Shown here: positions 1-7,855 of the stretch, piece by piece
How positions within the stretch are numbered: position 1 is the first letter of the stretch
Layout of the letters: every line of letters starts with the position of its first letter
Assembly: GCA_965649205.1 (NCBI GenBank)
Contig: CBFGJV010000022.1
Location: 1 to 35,633, forward strand
DNA length: 35,633 bases
From: a candidate division WOR-3 bacterium
GTDB taxonomy: Bacteria > Hydrothermota > Tepidihabitantia > Tepidihabitantales > Tepidihabitantaceae
Reading direction: 5' to 3'
Program-made: the position numbers and the translations under genes
The notes under the pieces: generated by a model
Told to the model about the DNA's origin: nothing
The model's database searches: none
What the model saw: the letters and a program-made list of their open reading frames with translations, nothing else

Positions 1-398
1 AACGACCTCAATCCGGCACAGCGGAGTAGAAACCCAAGTCCCATAAGAGCATAGCTACCCTGTTAGCAAGATAACGACCTCAATCCGGCACAGCGGAGTA
101 GAAACGTAAAGTACCCACAATCGTTTCAGCTCGTCCTTCCGCCTGATAACGACTTCAATCCGGCACAGCGGAGTAGAAACATTAACAACCCTGCCCCCAA
201 AACACGTATCTTTGTGGATAACGACCTCAATCCGGCACAGCGGAGTAGAAACGTAAAGTACCCACAATCGTTTCAGCTCGTCCTTCCGCCTGATAACGAC
301 TTCAATCCGGCACAGCGGAGTAGAAACTCTTTCTGTTCTTCTTCAATTAAAACCCCGTCTTCTATGATAACGACCTCAATCCGGCACAGCGGAGATAC
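1..398 (+). CRISPR. CRISPR array, trailer end: 6 repeats (first cut by the window edge, last degenerate) and 5 spacers
   Basis: Repeat GATAACGACCTCAATCCGGCACAGCGGAGTAGAAAC (36 bp) at 1-33 (partial), 70-105, 145-180, 217-252 and 292-327. The copy at 366-394 loses its last 7 nt. Spacers are 36-39 nt. The 3' GAAAC end and the degenerate final copy give + orientation. Internal TCCG/CGGA stem. Adjacent to cas1/cas2. Confidence 0.97.
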
Positions 399-470
399 GA
401 GTGACAGGTGACAGGCGACGAGTGACAGGTGACAGGCGACAGGGATAGGGAAGGGGGTGACAGGTGATAC
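394..470 (+). repeat. Degenerate 7-bp tandem repeat tract (GTGACAG-type)
   Basis: GATACGA GTGACAG GTGACAG GCGACGA GTGACAG GTGACAG GCGACAG GGATAGG GAAGGGG GTGACAG GTGATAC, all in 7-bp register. Confidence 0.85.
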
Positions 471-502
471 GATACGGGTACCAGACAGAAAGGAGGAACA
501 CG

Positions 503-2755
503 GTGTCAGGACATCTTTATGGTCGCATCTGCGACCCGAGTACGCTCTTTCGCGCCTGGTCTGCTGTGAAGGCCAATGCCGGCGTGGCCGGTGCGGATGA
601 GGTATCACTTGGCGCGTTTGAGCAGAGTTTGAACCAGAACTTAGCTGGCCTTTCCCGGTCGCTCTTGAATCAAAGCTACGTGCCCGAGCCGACAAAGGCG
701 GTGATGATTCCGAAGTCGGATGGCACGAAGCGACGTCTTTGCGTTCCGTCGGTGAAAGACCGGGTGGTACAGCAAGCGACGCGGACGGTGCTGGAGCCTT
801 TGTTCGAAAGCAAGTTTCTGCCTTGTAGTTTTGGATATCGGCCCGGAATGGGACCGCTCCGAGCAGTCGGCAGGGTGGAAACACTGCTTCATGAAGGTCG
901 CGTCTGGGCTGCCGGAGCCGACATTGACGACTTCTTCGACTCGATTAGCCACACGATTCTGCTCAGGCTCGTGGCCGAGCGGGTTTGGGAGAAACCGGTG
1001 CTGAGGCTCATAGAACTCTGGCTTCGGACCGGCTCTGTACACATGGGTAGCTGGCGCGAGAATCTGGAGGGTGTGCCCCAAGGCGGTGTGATTTCGCCCC
1101 TGCTCTCCAACATCTACCTTCATCCGTTTGATATGGAAATGACCCGTCGTGGGTATGGTCTTGTACGCTATGCCGACGACTATCTGTTCCTTGAGCCAGA
1201 GCGGAACCGGGCAGTTCAGGCGGCCCGCGAAGCGGCTGGATTCCTCGCGCGCGAGTTGTTGCTCAAGACCGAGGCACCGGAAGTGACACACGCGGGCGAG
1301 GGGTTTGTCTTCCTTGGCTTCCTTTTTCAGGGCGGGAAGAAAACTATAGCCCCGGGTAAGCTGGAGGAAATGAAGCGGAAGGTGACAGAGGTGGTGAGAA
1401 GTGCCAAGACCATTCCGGACACCGTGAGCCGGCTCAATCTGCTGCTTGCCGGCTGGCGGAACTACTATGGCGCAGGCGATACCGAGGAGCAGTTGCGACT
1501 CATCGAGACCGTGGTGTTCCGCGAGCTTGGCACTAGACTAAAGACCCTGCCGGTTGACAGCCGGGCCGGAACCCGGCAATGCTTGGAAAGACTGGAGTTT
1601 CTGCTTCCCAAGTCTCAAGCAGGTCGGGCGAAGTTCATTAGTCTGCTGTTTGCGTCTGCCGTGTCCGGGCCTGGTCGTACAGAAAGCACGTCACCGCCAG
1701 AGCCTGCACAGGCCGTGAAGACAAGGCGTCGTCAGTATGAGCGGCTGGCAGAAGAAGAGTCGGTGTTGGTGGTGGACCGACCAGGGTCCTTTGTCGGCAA
1801 GACCAGTAGGCGCGTGGTTGTGCGCGAACGGGGCCGCCGCACGCGGGAGTTGCCCCTATTTCGGTTGCGGAACATCATCATCGAATCTAATGGGGTGGGC
1901 GTTTCCAGCGACCTGGTCCGGTTCTGCTCAGGCCAGGGCGTAACTATCAGTTTCCAGGATGAACGTGGCCGACCCTGCGCCTTCCTGGTTGGGGCTGACC
2001 GGGCCGCCTATCCATTGACCATCGCCCAGCTCGAGACGCAGAAGTCGGAGCGCGGGAACTGCCTGGCGCGTGCCTTCATAGAGGGTAAGGTTACGAATCA
2101 GATGAATCTCCTGCGCTACTATGCCAAGTATCGAGGCCGGGCCGAGTCGGAGTTCCGACAGGAGATACCCGGGGCGGTCGAGAAGCTGGCCGGACTACTG
2201 GAGCAACTGGCCGGTCTGGAATCGGACGAGCGGTTCGGCGGCCAGCTCTTTGCACTCGAGGGGCAGGCCGGAGGGATCTACTGGGGTCTGGTGAAGGCCT
2301 TGCTTGCATCGGATGCCTGCTTTGAGCGTCGGGAAAAGAAGGGAGCCACCGACCTTGTGAACTCGCTCTTGAACTACGGATACGGGATACTCTACTCGTT
2401 GATGCACCGGCTGTTGGTCCTTGCCGGGCTGAACCCTTGTGTCGGCTTCATCCATCGCGGTCCCGCGGACCGGTCCAACCTGCTGTTTGACGTGGTAGAG
2501 GAGTTTCGCCAGCCGGTCGTTGACCGGGCGGTCATCCGGCTCCTGCGCAAGAAGGCGCGGCTGGGGATGGACGGGGTGTTGCTTGACCAACGTACCAAGC
2601 ATCGCCTGGTGACCGCCGTGATGGACAACCTGGGTTCTCCGGTATATTACCGCGGAGGCCGATCGAGTCTTCGGAATGCGATGGAAGGACAGGTTCAGCG
2701 TCTGGTTGGCTTCATCAAGGGCAGGGAGCAATACCGGCCATTCATTTTTCACTGA
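503..2755 (+). CDS. cas1: Reverse transcriptase-Cas1 fusion (group II intron-like RT, thumb/X domain, Cas1)
   Basis: RT motifs: IPKSDGTKRRLCVPSVKDRVVQ, SFGYRPG, DIDDFFDSISH, GVPQGGVISPLLSNIYLHPFD, RYADD, FLGF. Thumb-like LAGWRNYY. Cas1 motifs: LEGQAGGIYW, VNSLLNYGYGIL, GFIH, DVVEEFR. Start moved from 464 to GTG 503, which follows SD AAGGAGG (490-496). Confidence 0.95.
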   Translation: MSGHLYGRICDPSTLFRAWSAVKANAGVAGADEVSLGAFEQSLNQNLAGLSRSLLNQSYVPEPTKAVMIPKSDGTKRRLCVPSVKDRVVQQATRTVLEPLFESKFLPCSFGYRPGMGPLRAVGRVETLLHEGRVWAAGADIDDFFDSISHTILLRLVAERVWEKPVLRLIELWLRTGSVHMGSWRENLEGVPQGGVISPLLSNIYLHPFDMEMTRRGYGLVRYADDYLFLEPERNRAVQAAREAAGFLARELLLKTEAPEVTHAGEGFVFLGFLFQGGKKTIAPGKLEEMKRKVTEVVRSAKTIPDTVSRLNLLLAGWRNYYGAGDTEEQLRLIETVVFRELGTRLKTLPVDSRAGTRQCLERLEFLLPKSQAGRAKFISLLFASAVSGPGRTESTSPPEPAQAVKTRRRQYERLAEEESVLVVDRPGSFVGKTSRRVVVRERGRRTRELPLFRLRNIIIESNGVGVSSDLVRFCSGQGVTISFQDERGRPCAFLVGADRAAYPLTIAQLETQKSERGNCLARAFIEGKVTNQMNLLRYYAKYRGRAESEFRQEIPGAVEKLAGLLEQLAGLESDERFGGQLFALEGQAGGIYWGLVKALLASDACFERREKKGATDLVNSLLNYGYGILYSLMHRLLVLAGLNPCVGFIHRGPADRSNLLFDVVEEFRQPVVDRAVIRLLRKKARLGMDGVLLDQRTKHRLVTAVMDNLGSPVYYRGGRSSLRNAMEGQVQRLVGFIKGREQYRPFIFH

Positions 2756-2790
2756 TGTGGTAGCTTGTCACTTATTACCTGTGAGGAGAT

Positions 2791-3042
2791 ATGGTTGTCG
2801 TTGTGAGTTACGACATCGTTAGCGACCGACGCCGGGTCCGGGTCTGCAACAAGCTGAAGGACTATGGCCGACGCGTGCAGTACAGCGTGTTCGAATGCAA
2901 TCTGGACGAACGCAGGCTGGCCGAGCTTGCGGCCGAACTCTCTGTTCTGCTCAACGTAGGGCAGGACAGCATTCGGTTCTACCGGCTCTGCGAACGGTGC
3001 GCCGCTAGGGTTGAAGTCATAGGCCATCCTGCCAGTCCTTGA
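2791..3042 (+). CDS. cas2: CRISPR-associated endoribonuclease Cas2
   Basis: VVSYDI..RRR.RV...L..YG.RVQYSVFEC and DSIRFYRLC..C motifs; 83 aa; SD GAGGAG. Confidence 0.96.
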   Translation: MVVVVSYDIVSDRRRVRVCNKLKDYGRRVQYSVFECNLDERRLAELAAELSVLLNVGQDSIRFYRLCERCAARVEVIGHPASP

Positions 3043-3066
3043 CAGGTATCCGTTGGGAACTAGTAT
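3039..3066 (+). promoter_or_regulatory. Putative sigma70 promoter upstream of the Clp-like ATPase
   Basis: TTGACA (3039-3044), 16 nt, TAGTAT (3061-3066); overlaps the cas2 stop codon. Confidence 0.45.
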
Positions 3067-3156
3067 GGATGGAGGCAAAGAATGACGGGTGGAGAGAGTC
3101 CCTTCGCCCAATGACTAGTCACTTGGAGCTGTTGTTCCTAGGACAATTTGGAGCAA

Positions 3157-3219
3157 GTACGAAGTGAAAAGAAACAAGTGACAGGCGACCGGCGACAAGT
3201 GAAAAGAGACAGGATAGAA
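3157..3219 (+). repeat. Second degenerate 7-bp tandem repeat tract
   Basis: GTACGAA GTGAAAA GAAACAA GTGACAG GCGACCG GCGACAA GTGAAAA GAGACAG GATAGAA; same unit family and strand as 394-470. Confidence 0.75.
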
Positions 3220-3277
3220 TCCGGTATTTTTTTGAGTGATACGAAGACCGTAACAAGAAAGAGAGGGAAGGGAAAGG

Positions 3278-5098
3278 ATGTTCACCGACGGACTGTTTCC
3301 TGATAAGGATATGGATTCAAACAACCGCGATAGGTACTATCCGACTACGGAACTGCCTGAGGATTCGATTTTCCGGCGCGTGGGCGAGGATTTGACTTTC
3401 AGGGTGAAGAACAATCCGCCCGGAGATTTCTCGGCCCGTGAGCCGGAAATGCGTCAATTGGTGCGTATCCTTGGCCGGCGAGCTAAGGCGAATCCGATGA
3501 TCCTTGGAGACGCGGGAGTGGGCAAGACATTCCTGGTGAAGTGTCTCGCCTGGAAGATCGTAAACAGAGACGTGCCAGAGTGGCTTCTGGGACGGAAGGT
3601 AATCAGGACCAGTTTCTATGATGTGCAGGCCGGTGTGCCGGGTACATACTGGGAGTGGGGAGCGTATTCAAAGTTGCTGAAAGAGTTGCTGGAAGCAGCC
3701 AGCAAGGAACCGGTCGTACTGTTCATTGATGAGATACATCAGATTTTCGGACATCCGCACAGCGCAAACATCCTGAAGCCCTACATTGCGGAGAATCGGG
3801 TGAGGCTTATCGGTGCAACAACGACCGAGGAGTTTCACCGTTTCGTTAGTCGAGACGAGGCGGTCAGGCGCCGGTTTCAAGAGGTGAGCATAGCTGAGCC
3901 GGAGGGAGAGAATCTCAGGCGCATTGTGCAGGCGGAGCTACGGGAATTGCAGAAGTACTACGGGGCTAGCGCCAAGCCGGGGCTGGTTGAGTATGCAATC
4001 AGGTTGTCAAATGAGTATTTGCCTTTCCGAAGGCAGCCGGATAAGACGATTGACCTTCTGGAGCAGGCTTTCACAGAGTGCCGAATGGCTGACAAGAAAA
4101 CTTGTGATGCGGCGAACTTGAGGGCCGCACTGGCCGAGATAACCGGGATTCCGGATGAGACGATTGCACAAGAGCAGGAGAAGACCAAGGGTCTGGAGCG
4201 AGCCCTGAATGCCAGAGTGCTGGGTCAGGAAGAGGCAATCGCAGCTATCTGCAGCCGCTTGACCGTGACGCGTTCCCGGGTGCAGATGAACCCGGAACGT
4301 CCCTTGGGCGTGTTTCTGATTGCCGGGCCGAGTGGGGTGGGCAAGACCGAGTTGGCCAAGGCGCTGGCCCTGCACTATACCGGCAGTGAGGATAATCTTG
4401 TGCGCATTGATATGTCGGCGCATCAGAGCCTGGAGTCGCTATTGGGCCGGCCTGGACCACCCAATGCGGAGAACCCGGAGTTCCTCGCACCTTTGACTCT
4501 GCAGTTGCGGCGGCATCCATTCTGTGTTCTGCTTCTCGACGAGTTTGAGAAGGCTGGTCAACAAGTACGGCTCGCCTTCTTGCAGGCGTTTGACTACGGA
4601 AAGCTGGAGGACTTGCAGGGCAACGTGATCTATTTCAGTGGCGCTATTGTGCTGATGACCTGCAATGTGGGATTTGGGGACCAGGGACTCAAGATTGCCG
4701 GGTTCGGACAAAATACGCAGACTGACTGGAGGAGCGCATACCAGGAGGTGATGAAGGCAGTCGAAGCAGAGTTCCCGAGAGAGTTTCTCGGACGAGTAGA
4801 TGAAATACTGGTATTCAAGCCGCTCACGCCGAAGGTGATGGATGGATTCATTGCGCAAAAGCTTAGCCGGTTGAGCATTCGGTTGGGCAAGAATATCACT
4901 TTGAGTGAGGAGGCTATTGAGCAAATCCGTAAGCAGGGTTTTTCAGATAAGTACGGAGCCCGGCCTTTGAACCGGGCGATAGATGCGGTAGTAGGCAAGG
5001 CTCTGGCGCAATTGAAGATGACAGAAGAGTGGGAGAGGGCAGGGACGGTTGAGGTAATTCTGAAGGATGGCGTCCCGGTTGCGCAGGTGAAGGTGTGA
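3278..5098 (+). CDS. ClpA/B-family double AAA+ ATPase lacking the N-terminal Clp-repeat domain and the M-domain
   Basis: NBD1: [35 protein letters not shown]2: [34 protein letters not shown]. Only about 35 aa precede the DLT motif. Confidence 0.9.
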   Translation: MFTDGLFPDKDMDSNNRDRYYPTTELPEDSIFRRVGEDLTFRVKNNPPGDFSAREPEMRQLVRILGRRAKANPMILGDAGVGKTFLVKCLAWKIVNRDVPEWLLGRKVIRTSFYDVQAGVPGTYWEWGAYSKLLKELLEAASKEPVVLFIDEIHQIFGHPHSANILKPYIAENRVRLIGATTTEEFHRFVSRDEAVRRRFQEVSIAEPEGENLRRIVQAELRELQKYYGASAKPGLVEYAIRLSNEYLPFRRQPDKTIDLLEQAFTECRMADKKTCDAANLRAALAEITGIPDETIAQEQEKTKGLERALNARVLGQEEAIAAICSRLTVTRSRVQMNPERPLGVFLIAGPSGVGKTELAKALALHYTGSEDNLVRIDMSAHQSLESLLGRPGPPNAENPEFLAPLTLQLRRHPFCVLLLDEFEKAGQQVRLAFLQAFDYGKLEDLQGNVIYFSGAIVLMTCNVGFGDQGLKIAGFGQNTQTDWRSAYQEVMKAVEAEFPREFLGRVDEILVFKPLTPKVMDGFIAQKLSRLSIRLGKNITLSEEAIEQIRKQGFSDKYGARPLNRAIDAVVGKALAQLKMTEEWERAGTVEVILKDGVPVAQVKV

Positions 5099-5119
5099 GA
5101 ATGGCCCAGCTGGTTGCCG

Positions 5120-7804
5120 CTACTTTAGCACGATGGCTTTCTGGGCGAATATGCCGTCCTGGGTGATGAGCTGGAGCAGATAGATGCCGTTTGTCAAACC
5201 CGTGCCGTCCAAGTCGAAGCTAATCTGTTCGGCCAGTCTGGCCGGTCGTGACTGGGTTGCGACTATTCTACCGTCCATAGTGACAGTACGTAGTTCCACT
5301 TGCCCGGTGACCGGGGAGATGAAACTCACCCGGGAGTGGTGAGTGAAGGGATTGGGCGATATTTTGAGGACGTAGGGTAGACGGTTGAGCAGAGGAGGGG
5401 TTTCGGCGACTCCGGGTATGCGTTCGCCAAACCAGGCGAAGATGCGGCGAATGAGGGTCCATTTCTGCAGATAGCGGTTTGTATGGTCTATGGCTTCAAA
5501 GGGCACGGAGAAGTAGACAAGTCGGTAAGAGCCTTCGTAGCGGATGACTGAGTAAACCGTGGTGTCGCCATAGTCCTTGAAAAAGGCGCAGCCAATACCG
5601 CCATTGACAGCCCGTACGCCGTCAAGCGAAGAGCCGTTGTTCTGGCCGCCGCCACCACCTACAACCATTGTGTCGCCCCGGGTGATGGGGTCTGCGGGGA
5701 AACCGGGCAGATAGAGTTTGCCGGTGGATCCAGTGACCAGTTCGGCGCGCAAGTAGTTGGAGAGAAAGGGGTGGCCGGAAAGATTCTGGGCTATGTTCTT
5801 GCCGGAAATAATGAGGTTGCCGCCGTTGTCCAGATAGCCGGTCAGACTGGTTATCTCAGCGGCGGTAAGGGTGGTGAGGGAATCGTCGCCCGTGAACCAG
5901 ATGACAATCGGATAATGTTTGAGTGTGTCGGTTGAAGGCGCTCCCAGAGTCTGCACGTCAAAGCGATGGTAGAGAATACCGGAAGAGTCCAGGGCCGCAG
6001 TGTACCAGCGTTCTATGTTCGTGCCCAAATCGTCGTCCACCAGTAGAACGCGAGATTCCCCAGATAGAGTGGTGAAGAAGGTATCAGGATACGCCGGGTC
6101 AGGCTGGGCATTGACGGTAAGGTAGAAGAGAAGTTTCTGGGGTGCGTTGTCCGCCGGAATCTCGATGACAAAGGAGTCGGCTGAGCAGTCCCGGGTAGAG
6201 CCGCTGGGTATATGGGGGAAGGTGGCGGTGGCTTTGTGAATTCTTACCCTGGAGTTGGCGCTGGCGGTGAGCGTGGCGGTGACGTTGCCGGCATCGCGCA
6301 TATTGGGTTTGTTGCTGTAGCTGACAATGAGACCTACGATTTCGCCCGGGTCAGGTCGGCCATTGCCGTTGCCCGAAATGTCGTTGAAGCGCCAGCCAGA
6401 CAGACGCAGGTCACAATAAAAATGAGGCAGGATGATGTTGGCCATTGATACCCGGCCAGCTCCCAGTTTGCCCTGGCGGTAGAGGGGGTCGGGCATAGTG
6501 TCGCAGGTGGCGTGCATCAGAGCGGTGCAGGCTACATTGGTGAGTGACGGGTCGAATGATTTCATCCAGCAGGCGACAGCCGCAGCTGCCGGACAGGACA
6601 TGGAAGTTCCGTCCATTGAGCCGTAGTAGCCGGAAGAACGGTTGTAGGTGGCGAGAATGCCTGCACCTGGAGCGGTGACATCCACCCAGGGACCGTAGTT
6701 GGAAAAGCTGGCGCGGACATCAGAGGAGGTGGAGGCGGCGACATTTTCCACGCCCGGGTTGCAGGCGGGCCAGCGCTGGGCTTCCTGGCCGTCGTTACCG
6801 GCGGAGCCGTAGAGGACGCAGCCACTGTTCCAGGCATAGAGGCAGGCATCAGCCAGAGAAGAGGAGCGGTTGCCACCAAAGCTCATGGATATGGCCCAGA
6901 CTCCGGCCGGGACCGCGTGATAGATGGCGGCTACAGCACAGTTGATGTAGATGCCGCCGCCGAATCCGGCGCGTACGGCAAAGGAACGGGTGTTCCAGGT
7001 ATAACCGGCCACGCCAATGCCGTTGTTGGTGACCGCGTTTATATTGCCCCAGCAATGAGTGCCGTGGTCATCACCGTAGTCGGGCAGCGGGTCGGGCTCG
7101 CCTGATACATAATCAAAACCGATGACATCGTCATTGTAGCCGTTGGCATCCTGGTCAATGTCGTCTAGGTCTCCCAAGGGCGGAGGAGCGGGGTCAAATT
7201 GGCCGTTGCCGTTGATGTCCTCAGGGCGATTAATCCAGAGGTTGGCGGAAATATCCGGGTGCAGCCAGTCGGTGCCGGTGTCGATTACCAGATTCAGAAC
7301 CGCAGTGTCGCCTTTGGCCACGCCCCAGGCAAAGGGTGCTCCTACCTTGGCCAGATGCCATTGCGCGGAATACATGGAGTCGTTGGGCTTGGCGTCTACT
7401 TCATAGCGCAGGTTTGGTTCAGCAAACTCCACGAGTCCGGTGGCTTCATATGCTCGGCAGGCTTCGTAGACGTCGCATGCGGGGTCAAACTGTATTATGT
7501 ATTGCAGGTCACAACCGAGCTCCAGGGCTCTGGAGTCAGGATAGGGGTGGCGATACAGTTTGGTGATGTCGTCCACTTTGTATCTGCGGTTCAGCTGGTC
7601 CAGTTCAGGCACACCGAACAGCACGGTCCCGTCTGTTTCCTGAACCGAAACTCTGCCCCGCAGTGCAGACTTGAGTTCCAGGATGAGTTGACCGGCTACA
7701 TACTGGTCGTTGTTTGCCGCGGTCAAGACTGGCCGGGAAAGGTCGGGCCAGGCCAGAGACAGGGTAAAAAGGACAAGGGACATAGATATGAGTTTGGATT
7801 TCAT
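5120..7804 (-). CDS. Secreted S8 (subtilisin-like) serine protease with T9SS-type C-terminal domain
   Basis: Signal peptide MKSKLISMSLVLFTLSLA. Catalytic D (VIDTG), H (DHGTHC), oxyanion N (SAGN), S (GTSMSCP). C-terminal ISPNPF...GIYLLQL...K tail. Start set at ATG 7804 after SD AAAGGAG (894 aa). Confidence 0.92.
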   Translation of the reverse strand: MKSKLISMSLVLFTLSLAWPDLSRPVLTAANNDQYVAGQLILELKSALRGRVSVQETDGTVLFGVPELDQLNRRYKVDDITKLYRHPYPDSRALELGCDLQYIIQFDPACDVYEACRAYEATGLVEFAEPNLRYEVDAKPNDSMYSAQWHLAKVGAPFAWGVAKGDTAVLNLVIDTGTDWLHPDISANLWINRPEDINGNGQFDPAPPPLGDLDDIDQDANGYNDDVIGFDYVSGEPDPLPDYGDDHGTHCWGNINAVTNNGIGVAGYTWNTRSFAVRAGFGGGIYINCAVAAIYHAVPAGVWAISMSFGGNRSSSLADACLYAWNSGCVLYGSAGNDGQEAQRWPACNPGVENVAASTSSDVRASFSNYGPWVDVTAPGAGILATYNRSSGYYGSMDGTSMSCPAAAAVACWMKSFDPSLTNVACTALMHATCDTMPDPLYRQGKLGAGRVSMANIILPHFYCDLRLSGWRFNDISGNGNGRPDPGEIVGLIVSYSNKPNMRDAGNVTATLTASANSRVRIHKATATFPHIPSGSTRDCSADSFVIEIPADNAPQKLLFYLTVNAQPDPAYPDTFFTTLSGESRVLLVDDDLGTNIERWYTAALDSSGILYHRFDVQTLGAPSTDTLKHYPIVIWFTGDDSLTTLTAAEITSLTGYLDNGGNLIISGKNIAQNLSGHPFLSNYLRAELVTGSTGKLYLPGFPADPITRGDTMVVGGGGGQNNGSSLDGVRAVNGGIGCAFFKDYGDTTVYSVIRYEGSYRLVYFSVPFEAIDHTNRYLQKWTLIRRIFAWFGERIPGVAETPPLLNRLPYVLKISPNPFTHHSRVSFISPVTGQVELRTVTMDGRIVATQSRPARLAEQISFDLDGTGLTNGIYLLQLITQDGIFAQKAIVLK

Positions 7805-7855
7805 TAGGAAGTTCTCCTTTGCAGGCTGGTTGGATAGCCGCATAGTAGTAGTAAT

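Noticed and set aside
34..365. Self-targeting spacers
   Set aside because: By eye I found no match within the window beyond short chance words; the rest of the genome cannot be checked.
55..884. ORFs 55-267(-), 214-411(+) and 273-884(-)
   Set aside because: They are translations of CRISPR repeats, heptamer repeats and the antisense of RT-cas1.
503..1600. RT as a group II intron, retron or DGR enzyme
   Set aside because: It is fused in frame to Cas1 and sits between a CRISPR array and cas2. I saw no intron domain V/VI, msr-msd or template/variable repeat pair.
3082..3167. Two tiny overlapping ORFs (MTGGESPFAQ, MTSHLELLFLGQFGASTK) after an SD-like GGAGG
   Set aside because: Too short to support, with no recognisable similarity; may be chance or a gene remnant.
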